This document shows, in pieces, positions 41,855 through 49,127 of a stretch of 64,000 nucleotides of DNA. Position 1 is the stretch's first letter, and each line of letters starts with the position of its first letter. The stretch is taken from positions 64,001 through 128,000 of IMG/VR virus record IMGVR_UViG_3300043427_001127; one strand, written 5' to 3'. This stretch comes from a virus. The position numbers and the translations under genes are program-made. The notes below the pieces were generated by a model. The model was given only the letters and a program-made list of their open reading frames with translations. It did not search any database and had not been told where the DNA came from.

Positions 41855-41883
41855 ATAAATACCTCCATCATGGAGGTTTTTTA
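41855..41883 (+). promoter_or_regulatory. late promoter overlapping SD-sequestering hairpin/terminator
   Basis: ATAAATA (41855-61), ACCTCCA-TCA-TGGAGGT, T run, ATG at 41886. Confidence 0.7.
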
Positions 41884-41885
41884 TT

Positions 41886-42233
41886 ATGAATCCAAGTTCA
41901 GCGAAAGCGAAGGGTCGCCGTCTGCAACAGTGGGTGAGAGATAAACTCATTGAGATGCTTGAGGTTCACCCAGAAGATATTGAATCTCGTAGCATGGGTG
42001 CTGGTGGCGAAGACCTTATCATGGCTCGTGCTGCTCGCCAGAAGTTTCCACATAGTATTGAATGTAAGAATGTAGAGAAACTAAATATCTGGGAAGCCTA
42101 TGAGCAGGCAACTGCCAATCGTGGTGACTATGAGCCTATTGTTGTTATCAAAAAGAATGGCAAGAAACCACTGGTAGTCGTAGACGCAGAGTATTATATT
42201 CAACTATTCGGAGACAAAGATGGCAAAGATTGA
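41886..42233 (+). CDS. Holliday-junction-resolvase-like PD-(D/E)xK nuclease
   Basis: KAKGRRLQ, GEDL, IECKN. Confidence 0.8.
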   Translation: MNPSSAKAKGRRLQQWVRDKLIEMLEVHPEDIESRSMGAGGEDLIMARAARQKFPHSIECKNVEKLNIWEAYEQATANRGDYEPIVVIKKNGKKPLVVVDAEYYIQLFGDKDGKD

Positions 42234-42915
42234 TTTACACAACTTCTTCAAACACTTTGACGAGAAGAATCCAAAGCACGTTGCTGCTGTAGAGCAACTT
42301 GAGGTTGACCTCAAGGATTCTCCACTCATGGAAGACTCAGCAAACTGGGTTAAAATCTATAGAACTCAACCAGAGAAACCAAAATCATCAATCCTTGATG
42401 TGCCCTATTTTCCACAGACAGATAACTATAGAGATGCTAACCGCACCTGTAACTCATCTGCCTGTGCTATGGTGTTAGAATACTTCAAACCAGGCACACT
42501 CAAAGGAGCGAAAGGCGATGATGCTTACGTTCAAAAAGTATTTGCAATCGGTGACTCAACTGACCATGTGGTTCAGACCCGTGTGTTGGCGTCTTATGGC
42601 ATTAAGTCACACTTTAGTTATGGTCTTTCTTTTGCTGACCTTGACCGTGAGCTTGCTGCTGGGAGACCCGTTGTTATTGGCATCCTCCATCGTGGTCCTC
42701 TATCTAATCCTATTGGTGGGCACATGGTTGTAGTCATCGGCAAGACCCCCGCAGGCGATTACGTCGTCAACGACCCCTACGGCAGTCTCAACGATGGTTA
42801 CACAGGCGCTGTGAGCAACGGTAAGGGCGCAGTCTACAAGCGTTCAGAACTCGCTCGTAGGTGGTGTCCTGCAGGCAACGATGGATGGGGCAGAATCTTT
42901 GATGCAAAAAAGTGA
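42220..42915 (+). CDS. C39-like cysteine peptidase (putative peptidoglycan hydrolase)
   Basis: VPYFPQ, TCNSSACAM (Cys), GGHMVV (His), NDPYG (Asp). Confidence 0.85.
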   Translation: MAKIDLHNFFKHFDEKNPKHVAAVEQLEVDLKDSPLMEDSANWVKIYRTQPEKPKSSILDVPYFPQTDNYRDANRTCNSSACAMVLEYFKPGTLKGAKGDDAYVQKVFAIGDSTDHVVQTRVLASYGIKSHFSYGLSFADLDRELAAGRPVVIGILHRGPLSNPIGGHMVVVIGKTPAGDYVVNDPYGSLNDGYTGAVSNGKGAVYKRSELARRWCPAGNDGWGRIFDAKK

Positions 42916-42960
42916 CACCCCTCATCTCTATAGATGATGGTCTGCCAGCGGGGGGTATCA
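42906..42960 (+). promoter_or_regulatory. candidate -1 programmed ribosomal frameshift signal
   Basis: In-frame A_AAA_AAG (42906-12) directly before TGA, followed by a branched stem-loop; -1 frame is the lysozyme ORF. Confidence 0.7.
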
Positions 42961-43400
42961 GACTTATCAAAGAGTTTGAAGGATGCCATTTGTATGCATA
43001 CAATGACCCTCTCACTGGTGGATTACCTATTACTATAGGATGGGGAAGTACTAGAGATTTTAACGGTAAACCATTCAAACTAGGTGCTACTATTACTCAG
43101 TTTCAGGCAGATCAACTTCTGTATGAGCAACTGAAGAAAGAGTTTCTACCTAAACTATCTAAGATTCCTTATTGGAGCGAGATGAATGACAATCAAAGAG
43201 GGGCTTTACTTAGCTTTGGGTATAATCTTGGTGGAGATTTCTATGGTAGTAGCGACTTCTATACTATTACACGCATCCTAAGAGAGCGTAAATGGAATGA
43301 AGTGCCTAAGGTGCTGGAAATGTATCGTAATCCTGGCAGCAATGTAGAGGCAGGACTACTGAGACGTAGAAAAGCAGAGGGTAAACTCTGGTCAACATGA
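42912..43400 (+). CDS. GH24 phage lysozyme (endolysin)
   Basis: IKEFEG...AYND...TIGWG catalytic E/D/T, ALLSFGYNLG, GLLRRRKAE. Confidence 0.92.
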   Translation: MTPLISIDDGLPAGGIRLIKEFEGCHLYAYNDPLTGGLPITIGWGSTRDFNGKPFKLGATITQFQADQLLYEQLKKEFLPKLSKIPYWSEMNDNQRGALLSFGYNLGGDFYGSSDFYTITRILRERKWNEVPKVLEMYRNPGSNVEAGLLRRRKAEGKLWST

Positions 43401-43733
43401 ATAAGGTTCGGCAATACCTTCATTCATCATCCATTCATTGATTGTGACTGAATCACCTGCAAGATAAAGAGTGCCAAGTATTCTTCCATACTTGTCCTCT
43501 TTTGTGGTTTCAATGATCCACTTACCTTCACGGGATAGTTGTTCTTCTAACCATACCTTTGCTGCTAGACCTCTTTCCTTCTCTGCTAAATCTTTAGTTC
43601 TAGTTTCAGCAGTATTAATACCTTTAAGACGGACTCTTTGTGATATCGTAATACCAAATCCTAAATCAATATCCAAATCAACTGTGTCTCCATCAACGAC
43701 TCGGTTGATTTTTTTTACTTTGTAAGTATACAT
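43392..43733 (-). CDS. thermonuclease (SNase-like)
   Basis: VVDGDT, RVRLKGINTAE, DKYGRILG. Confidence 0.88.
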   Translation of the reverse strand: MYTYKVKKINRVVDGDTVDLDIDLGFGITISQRVRLKGINTAETRTKDLAEKERGLAAKVWLEEQLSREGKWIIETTKEDKYGRILGTLYLAGDSVTINEWMMNEGIAEPYSC

Positions 43734-43737
43734 TTTC

Positions 43738-44034
43738 TTAAAGCTTAGTTTTAAGTGCGATTAATGTAGCGAGCAACCCAACCAATGTCTCTATAGACTT
43801 GGAGTTTGTATCGTCACATTTGCTAGGAGGAGTTTTATTTTTACTCAACCCATTGACAGTATAAAGATACTGAAGGTTCAATGGATGTTTGATGTTACAC
43901 ACAGCATAGTTGAAGAATACCATTGAGATGATTGCTGTTACAACTGCACCTAGCAACCAACTAATCACCGCATCTAGGTGAGACTTTTTTTCTTTCTTTT
44001 CTTCTACTGCTAACTCTTCTGGTGTTTCATTCAT
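43738..44034 (-). CDS. membrane protein (two hydrophobic segments)
   Basis: VISWLLGAVVTAIISMVFF and LVGLLATLIAL. Confidence 0.6.
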   Translation of the reverse strand: MNETPEELAVEEKKEKKSHLDAVISWLLGAVVTAIISMVFFNYAVCNIKHPLNLQYLYTVNGLSKNKTPPSKCDDTNSKSIETLVGLLATLIALKTKL

Positions 44035-44222
44035 CGTCCTTCCTCCTTATGAATCCATGTTTTTAACTCGTGTAGATATTGTCTAAGTTCGTCTGCTTTT
44101 TGTAGATGCCACGTATTACCACTCTTGAAATACTCTTGAGTGTGGTTGTCTATTGCTTTGAGAATATTATGTATAGGTGCGTTCCAAGGCTCACGTTTGG
44201 GAGTGTTCCATTCTCTTGGCAT
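44031..44222 (-). CDS. conserved cyanophage hypothetical protein
   Basis: MPREWNTPKREPWNAPIH... Confidence 0.7.
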   Translation of the reverse strand: MPREWNTPKREPWNAPIHNILKAIDNHTQEYFKSGNTWHLQKADELRQYLHELKTWIHKEEGR

Positions 44223-44225
44223 ACT

Positions 44226-44330
44226 TCACTTTTTCTTACCCCCGTTCTTTGCCTTCTTCGCAGTCGCATTCCCTTGATTTTGCTTAGGTTTTTTGACAGC
44301 TTTGCTGCCCTTGTTCTTTGCCTTAGACAT
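44226..44330 (-). CDS. 34-aa Lys-rich basic peptide (not in ORF track)
   Basis: MSKAKNKGSKAVKKPKQNQGNATAKKAKNGGKKK*; minus-strand CTAAATA late promoter upstream. Confidence 0.6.
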   Translation of the reverse strand: MSKAKNKGSKAVKKPKQNQGNATAKKAKNGGKKK

Positions 44331-44361
44331 GATTCGGTATACCGATACACTATATTTAGGA

Positions 44362-44396
44362 GGGGGCTTGACAGAAAGCTAAATACGTGTTATATT
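44362..44396 (+). promoter_or_regulatory. early promoter, GGGGGCTTGACA type
   Basis: GGGGGC-TTGACA-17-TATATT; same extended -35 recurs near 47333, 54335, 57851 and (minus) 12845. Confidence 0.8.
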
Positions 44397-44402
44397 ATGT
44401 TT

Positions 44403-44520
44403 TCTTCACATTTGTGGAGAGTCTCATTATTATAACGTGAGTGACAATCAGAGCCCAGGAAGATGCCCCCAGAGATGGTTGCGGTGTACCCCTCTTCTAT
44501 TGGGATGTAGAGTTCTATTT
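44403..44520 (+). ncRNA. structured 5' leader RNA of rlpA-like gene
   Basis: Two 5' hairpins plus nested AGAGC/GTTCT, CCCAG/TTGGG, GAAG/CTTC, ATGCC/GGTGT stems. Confidence 0.5.
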
Positions 44521-44526
44521 AACTAA

Positions 44527-44889
44527 ATGCTTCTTAAAACACTTTCTATTCTCGCCATTGCCGCTGCAGGACTAGCACCCCTTCAAGCAAAGGCAGCGAG
44601 CGGATGTTCCCTCGCATCACATTATGGAGTTGGTGACGGATATCATGGGCAGACGACTGCAAACGGCGAAAGATACAATGCTTATGGCAACACAACAGCA
44701 CACAGATGGCTTCCTTTCGGAACTAGATTGAAGGTTACAAATCAGCGAAATGGTAGGTCAGTCATCGTGCGAGTAAATGATCGCGGTCCTTTCGTAGGTG
44801 GAAGGAGCCTTGATTTGTCTTATGGTGCATTCTCTTCTATTGCTTCCCCAGGTCAAGGCGTCGCAAGCGTCTGCTACACAAGGGTTTGA
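44527..44889 (+). CDS. rlpA: RlpA-like double-psi beta-barrel lytic transglycosylase with signal peptide
   Basis: ASHYG, TANGERY, TAHRWLPFGT, VRVNDRGPF, LDLS. Confidence 0.92.
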   Translation: MLLKTLSILAIAAAGLAPLQAKAASGCSLASHYGVGDGYHGQTTANGERYNAYGNTTAHRWLPFGTRLKVTNQRNGRSVIVRVNDRGPFVGGRSLDLSYGAFSSIASPGQGVASVCYTRV

Positions 44890-44931
44890 ATAACTGAATA
44901 AATATTGGGGAGTGCTGCAGAACTCCCCTTT

Positions 44932-45333
44932 ATGTTTAACTTTCACATTGGCAAGCCCTCTAATAAAACTATTATAACAACCAGTATCGTATTATCTTCT
45001 ATCATTGCAGCACTCTCCCAATGCACTGGAATACATGAAAACAACCTTTGGGATTTACTTGACGAAGTTCAAAGAAAGTTTTTCCCGCAGACTACTATTA
45101 ACAGGGTTATTGTTAAAGACCCTGACAAAGTAAAACGTAGAGTAGAACGAGATGTCACCAATGCCATCGATGATTATTGGAGACAATCTGGTTTATCAAA
45201 AGCAGAAGTATACAAACCTCGCTATATAGAAGAAGCAAATGACGAAACATTATGCTACAGTGATGAGTGCAAAGCACTCGCTCCACCAATGAGACTCTGT
45301 GCTCCATGGCTTGACAACTGCCCTAAGCAGTAG
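44932..45333 (+). CDS. hypothetical protein with N-terminal hydrophobic segment
   Basis: IITTSIVLSSIIAALSQC; Cys-rich C-terminus. Confidence 0.65.
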   Translation: MFNFHIGKPSNKTIITTSIVLSSIIAALSQCTGIHENNLWDLLDEVQRKFFPQTTINRVIVKDPDKVKRRVERDVTNAIDDYWRQSGLSKAEVYKPRYIEEANDETLCYSDECKALAPPMRLCAPWLDNCPKQ

Positions 45334-45347
45334 TATAATACTCTCAT

Positions 45348-45424
45348 GTCTCGGTAGCTCAGTTGGATAGAGCATCTGCCTTCTAAGCAGTTGGTCACAG
45401 GTTCAAGTCCTGTCCGAGACGCCA
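45348..45424 (+). tRNA. tRNA-Arg(TCT)
   Basis: Cloverleaf, loop CTTCTAA, GGTTCAAGTCC T-arm, encoded CCA; TTGACA-17-TATAAT at 45311-45339. Confidence 0.95.
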
Positions 45425-45496
45425 GGGCGATTAACTCAGCGGTAGAGTGGCCTCCTTACAAGTGGTAAGTCACTGGTTCGATTCCAGTATCGCCCA
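45425..45496 (+). tRNA. tRNA-Val(TAC)
   Basis: GGGCGAT/ATCGCCC acceptor, loop CTTACAA. Confidence 0.92.
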
Positions 45497-45504
45497 TATA
45501 AACT

Positions 45505-45735
45505 ATGAATACATACTATATTTCTTTAATACTAATCTGTGCTCTGGTGTATATCATCTGGCAGGATCCAAATGTACCAGAGTACATTAACCTAAGGATA
45601 AAGTTAATGCATATCAACTTTATTCGGTGGAACATGGCAAGAAATATGAAGCGACAACTTGATAGAGAATCTAAAAAAATGCAAAAAGAAATGGCAGAGT
45701 GGTTAAAAGAAAAAAATGGCAAAGATCAGATGTAA
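45505..45735 (+). CDS. small membrane protein
   Basis: N-terminal TM, DPNV motif. Confidence 0.65.
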   Translation: MNTYYISLILICALVYIIWQDPNVPEYINLRIKLMHINFIRWNMARNMKRQLDRESKKMQKEMAEWLKEKNGKDQM

Positions 45736-45973
45736 CGCATGTGGCGTAGAGTTAGAAGTATATCAACCAAACAAAAGCAAGTCATGTGGCTGCGATAATC
45801 ATACCCTTCTGAGGTTAGATAGAAGTGGTATGCCTATTATCAGTGGCAATGACTTGTCGCACATTACTGCTGTTGATGGAGTCGGAAAACCGAAAGAGAA
45901 AAAGGTTGACAATCCTCCCGTAGCAGGTTATACTAAGAGAATACCCAGAAAACTGGACTTTGAAATCCGCTAG
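45716..45973 (+). CDS. Zn-ribbon hypothetical protein
   Basis: CNACG...CGCDN, RKLDFEIR. Confidence 0.7.
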   Translation: MAKIRCNACGVELEVYQPNKSKSCGCDNHTLLRLDRSGMPIISGNDLSHITAVDGVGKPKEKKVDNPPVAGYTKRIPRKLDFEIR

Positions 45974-46061
45974 GAAGTGTGGCAGAGCGGCTTAATGCAG
46001 CGGTTTGCTAAACCGCCGATGTCTTTATGGGCATCCGTTGGTTCAAATCCAACCACTTCCG
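45973..46061 (+). tRNA. tRNA-Ser(GCT)
   Basis: GGAAGTG/CACTTCC acceptor, loop TTGCTAA, long variable arm. Confidence 0.93.
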
Positions 46062-46106
46062 TTGCCCTATGGGCATGACATGTCGTTTAAATCTTAAGAA
46101 ACTATT

Positions 46107-46961
46107 ATGATTCGTTCATTTATTGCTGCTGGCGTCGCTGCTGCTTCTATTGCTGCTCCCGCCATGGCACAAGTCACCAGTGTGACTCAACTGAAAGATG
46201 TGCAACCTACTGATTGGTCGTATCAGGCTATCTCTAACCTGATCTCTCGCTACGGTTGTGTTGCTGGTTACCCCAATGGCACTTTCCAGCCTGGTCAACC
46301 TGCTTCCCGTGCTGAGCTCGCCGCTCTCACCAACGCTTGCCTTGACCGCATCAGCGAGTATCAGAGCGCCGCTGACGCTGCTCTGGCTGCCGCTCTACGC
46401 GCTCAGTTCTCCAAAGAGATTGCTGCTACTAACACCCGCGTGAGCGCCCTTGAGGTCGCTGCTGCTCGCAAGGCACAAGGCGTTGGTAACTACGTTGGTC
46501 TTGGCGTTCTGCTGAATAAGCAAGGCGTTGACGGTGGTGGTAAGACTGCCAACAGCACCATCTCTGGTGGTACTCTCCAAGCTCGCTATGCTGTGAAGAC
46601 TTTCGGCAACCAGAATGCTGTATCGGTTCGCCCTTACATTAATGCTGTTGCTGGACCTGATAGCAACATCGGTGCCGCTGGTGGTGCTATGCTCTCTTAT
46701 GACTGGAGCATCGCCCGCAAGGCAGGTGTAAGCGCCGCTAACATCTATGCCGCTGCTGGTTACCAAGTTCCTTTTGTCAATGGTGTTGAAGCAAACTCTC
46801 AGTCTGCTGTAGGCACTGGTACTGCTGTGCTTGCTCTTGGTTTGGAAGGTCGCATCACTAACTCTCTGATTGGTTTTGCTGATCTGAAGTTCCCTACTGA
46901 GAAAGTTGGTACGGGTTCTTACTCTCCTGTGTTCACTACGGGTCTTGGATTCAAGTTCTGA
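46107..46961 (+). CDS. SLH-domain outer-membrane beta-barrel protein (cyanobacterial porin-like N-terminus)
   Basis: Signal peptide; QVTSVTQLKDVQPTDWSYQA...YGCVAGYPNGTF SLH motif; coiled coil; amphipathic beta strands ending GLGFKF. Confidence 0.85.
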   Translation: MIRSFIAAGVAAASIAAPAMAQVTSVTQLKDVQPTDWSYQAISNLISRYGCVAGYPNGTFQPGQPASRAELAALTNACLDRISEYQSAADAALAAALRAQFSKEIAATNTRVSALEVAAARKAQGVGNYVGLGVLLNKQGVDGGGKTANSTISGGTLQARYAVKTFGNQNAVSVRPYINAVAGPDSNIGAAGGAMLSYDWSIARKAGVSAANIYAAAGYQVPFVNGVEANSQSAVGTGTAVLALGLEGRITNSLIGFADLKFPTEKVGTGSYSPVFTTGLGFKF

Positions 46962-46964
46962 TAA

Positions 46965-47342
46965 GTGATGAAAAAACTCTTCAAGCGTTGGAAAAATAGA
47001 CCAAGAACTCGCCAAGGGTGGATTGATTTATATGTTTCATATTTGAAGAGGATACCAGAGAGGCAATACTTTCCAATCTTTGTATTGCTCTCTCTGTATT
47101 TCGTGGTTCCGTATAGTGAGTTTGTAGTCACTGCACTCATACCACTATACTTTCTCTTCGAGAAACAAGTTCGTTGGTTCTTTAGTAAGATTCCAATGCC
47201 AGACTATCTGAGAATAGGTGGCTCAGTTATATTCTTTTTGGTTATGATTGATGACTACCTGTTCTACTTTGCTATCATGGCATTCGCTGCTTGGAGCGCC
47301 AAGCAACTGAAGAAAACAAAAGAGTCCGACGAGGGGGCTTGA
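46965..47342 (+). CDS. membrane protein
   Basis: Several hydrophobic helices. Confidence 0.65.
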   Translation: MMKKLFKRWKNRPRTRQGWIDLYVSYLKRIPERQYFPIFVLLSLYFVVPYSEFVVTALIPLYFLFEKQVRWFFSKIPMPDYLRIGGSVIFFLVMIDDYLFYFAIMAFAAWSAKQLKKTKESDEGA

Positions 47343-47378
47343 CATGCTCCCGACCCTCCTATATAATATGAGGGTCAA
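47333..47378 (+). promoter_or_regulatory. early promoter with -10 inside inverted repeat
   Basis: TTGACA-17-TATAAT; GACCCTC...GAGGGTC flanks the -10. Confidence 0.8.
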
Positions 47379-47383
47379 CAAAT

Positions 47384-47468
47384 GGAAGTGTGGCCGAGTG
47401 GTTTAAGGCACTTGTCTTGAAAACAAGCATGGTGAAAGCCATCGTGGGTTCAAATCCTACCACTTCCG
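47384..47468 (+). tRNA. tRNA-Ser(TGA)
   Basis: GGAAGTG/CACTTCC, loop CTTGAAA, long variable arm. Confidence 0.94.
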
Positions 47469-47469
47469 C

Positions 47470-47600
47470 TTGGTACTCGTTAGGCAGATAGCCTAGAAGG
47501 AGACCAACTTATCACAAGCGCCTGGAGATAAACTTGTCTGCTGTGATACGACAGAGGGTAAGTCCCTGTTATATCCTTGAGGTATATCACACTTACTCCA
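47470..47600 (+). ncRNA. structured inter-tRNA RNA candidate
   Basis: Three consecutive stem-loop domains filling the spacer between tRNA-Ser and tRNA-Pro. Confidence 0.45.
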
Positions 47601-47603
47601 TCA

Positions 47604-47677
47604 CGGGATGTAGCTCAGTTTGGTAGAGCACTCGCTTTGGGAGCGAGGGGCCGTAGGTTCAAATCCTATCATCCCGA
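47604..47677 (+). tRNA. tRNA-Pro(TGG)
   Basis: CGGGATG/CATCCCG, loop TTTGGGA. Confidence 0.95.
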
Positions 47678-47692
47678 TTCTTCTTAGAGGAG

Positions 47693-47971
47693 ATGTTAAT
47701 GATTTCGCAACTGGTTATTTACACACGAGATAACTGTGAATATTGTCGTAAACTCAAGGTCATCCTTGATAGTTTTACTGTCAAATACACACAGTACAAA
47801 CTGGATGTTGACTTTGATAGGGAAACATTCTATAATGAGTTTGGTGAAGGTTCTACATTTCCTCAGGTGACCCTTGATGGTCACTCTGTTGGGGGTTGTA
47901 CTGAAACCATTGAATACCTAACCAGCATTGGTTGCCTACAAGAAGAAAAAGACATGGAGTGTATGGTATGA
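47693..47971 (+). CDS. glutaredoxin
   Basis: CEYC, TFPQV, GGC. Confidence 0.9.
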   Translation: MLMISQLVIYTRDNCEYCRKLKVILDSFTVKYTQYKLDVDFDRETFYNEFGEGSTFPQVTLDGHSVGGCTETIEYLTSIGCLQEEKDMECMV

Positions 47972-48129
47972 AAACGATCACAGAAGAAACTTTTTGTCAC
48001 GACTTTGATGAGATTATGGACAACGTGATGCTTAACAAAGAAAGTTTTATCATTACCACATCAGATGGTAGTGATGTTCTTCTGATGCCATACGAAAACT
48101 ATGAGCGAATACAAGGGGAGTTAGCTTAG
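47968..48129 (+). CDS. Phd/YefM-like antitoxin-fold protein
   Basis: MKTITEETFCHDFDEIMDNVMLNKESFIITTSDGSDVLLMPYENYERI resembles the Phd pattern; overlaps tRNA-Ala. Confidence 0.65.
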   Translation: MKTITEETFCHDFDEIMDNVMLNKESFIITTSDGSDVLLMPYENYERIQGELA

Positions 48130-48187
48130 TTGGTAGAGCGCCTGCTTTGCAAGCAGGAGGTCAGGGGTTCAAATCCCCTACTCTCCA
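48115..48187 (+). tRNA. tRNA-Ala(TGC)
   Basis: GGGGAGT/ACTCTCC with G3:U70, loop TTTGCAA. Confidence 0.95.
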
Positions 48188-48190
48188 TAA

Positions 48191-48283
48191 GGGGGTGTAG
48201 CTCAATTGGCAGAGCGAGAAGCTTATACCTTCTGTATGCACCAGATTAGTGCGCGGTTGGGGGTTCGACTCCCTCCACCCCTA
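48191..48283 (+). tRNA. tRNA with TAT anticodon (nominal Ile) and 25-nt variable arm
   Basis: GGGGGTG/CACCCCT, AGAAG-CTTATAC-CTTCT, T-loop TTCGACT. Confidence 0.85.
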
Positions 48284-48299
48284 TTAGGATAGATAAAAA

Positions 48300-48920
48300 A
48301 TGAAACTGATTAAACATACAAATTACGTATACGAATATCAAAACTTTGTAAGTGATGATGTGTGTGATCACGTAACATCAATCATGCAATCTTCAAATAT
48401 TTCTTCCGAAATATGGAATGCTGGCAGAAATGATATTAGAAATAATAATGTTATTAACTTAACAACTTATAAAACTATACAGGGTTGGACAGATCAAAAT
48501 ACTTTACAAAACCTACATAGTGTAGATAGTATTTCTCACGAAGTTTTTTCAAAAGTATACCGTGAGTATCTAAAAGATTGCCCTAGGTTATCTTTTACTA
48601 TGATAAGACAAAAAATCTTAAACTTTGGTAGTGCGTATTACTATCGAACTTATGATGAAAAAGATTATTATGATTGGCATATAGATCATGATCTTCAAGA
48701 AGAAAATCTTCTTTCATTTTTATGGTACTTGAATGAAGATTATTCTGGTGGAAAACTTATGTTCTTAAATGATAAGATTTCTATTCAACCAAAGAAAGGA
48801 AGTCTAATATGTTTTCCTGTTGGTCATTGGTGGGTACACAAATCATCACCAATAAAATCTGGGAATAAAAAAGTGATTTGGACTTGCTTTTTTAAAGATA
48901 GGGAGAAAAAAAATGTATGA
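48300..48920 (+). CDS. 2OG-Fe(II) oxygenase (prolyl-hydroxylase-like)
   Basis: WHID, YLNEDYSGG, PKKGSLICFP, HKS. Confidence 0.9.
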   Translation: MKLIKHTNYVYEYQNFVSDDVCDHVTSIMQSSNISSEIWNAGRNDIRNNNVINLTTYKTIQGWTDQNTLQNLHSVDSISHEVFSKVYREYLKDCPRLSFTMIRQKILNFGSAYYYRTYDEKDYYDWHIDHDLQEENLLSFLWYLNEDYSGGKLMFLNDKISIQPKKGSLICFPVGHWWVHKSSPIKSGNKKVIWTCFFKDREKKNV

Positions 48921-49125
48921 AAATCAAACAGATTTTGAATGGCACCTTTTTGAGTTTGGTAAAAAAGTAGAATACATTCTTGCTGCAGAGCTTGCAGGCA
49001 AAGAAGATGCTAACGAAGCATACAAAAAGATTAAACATTTGTTTGAAGACCTCAAAAAGTTTCGCAAACAAGAAAAGAAACAAGATCATCCATTAGATTA
49101 CGACCAAATCCCTGATAGGTATTGA
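48913..49125 (+). CDS. hypothetical protein
   Basis: 70-aa ORF, FGKKVEYI...EAYKKIK. Confidence 0.7.
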   Translation: MYENQTDFEWHLFEFGKKVEYILAAELAGKEDANEAYKKIKHLFEDLKKFRKQEKKQDHPLDYDQIPDRY

Positions 49126-49127
49126 TT

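Noticed and set aside
44220-44240. G_AAA_AAG_TGA at the end of the basic peptide (minus strand)
   Set aside because: The next gene is in the same frame with its own ATG; a -1 shift yields nothing meaningful.
46395-47015. 206-aa minus-strand ORF
   Set aside because: Shadow of the porin-like gene.
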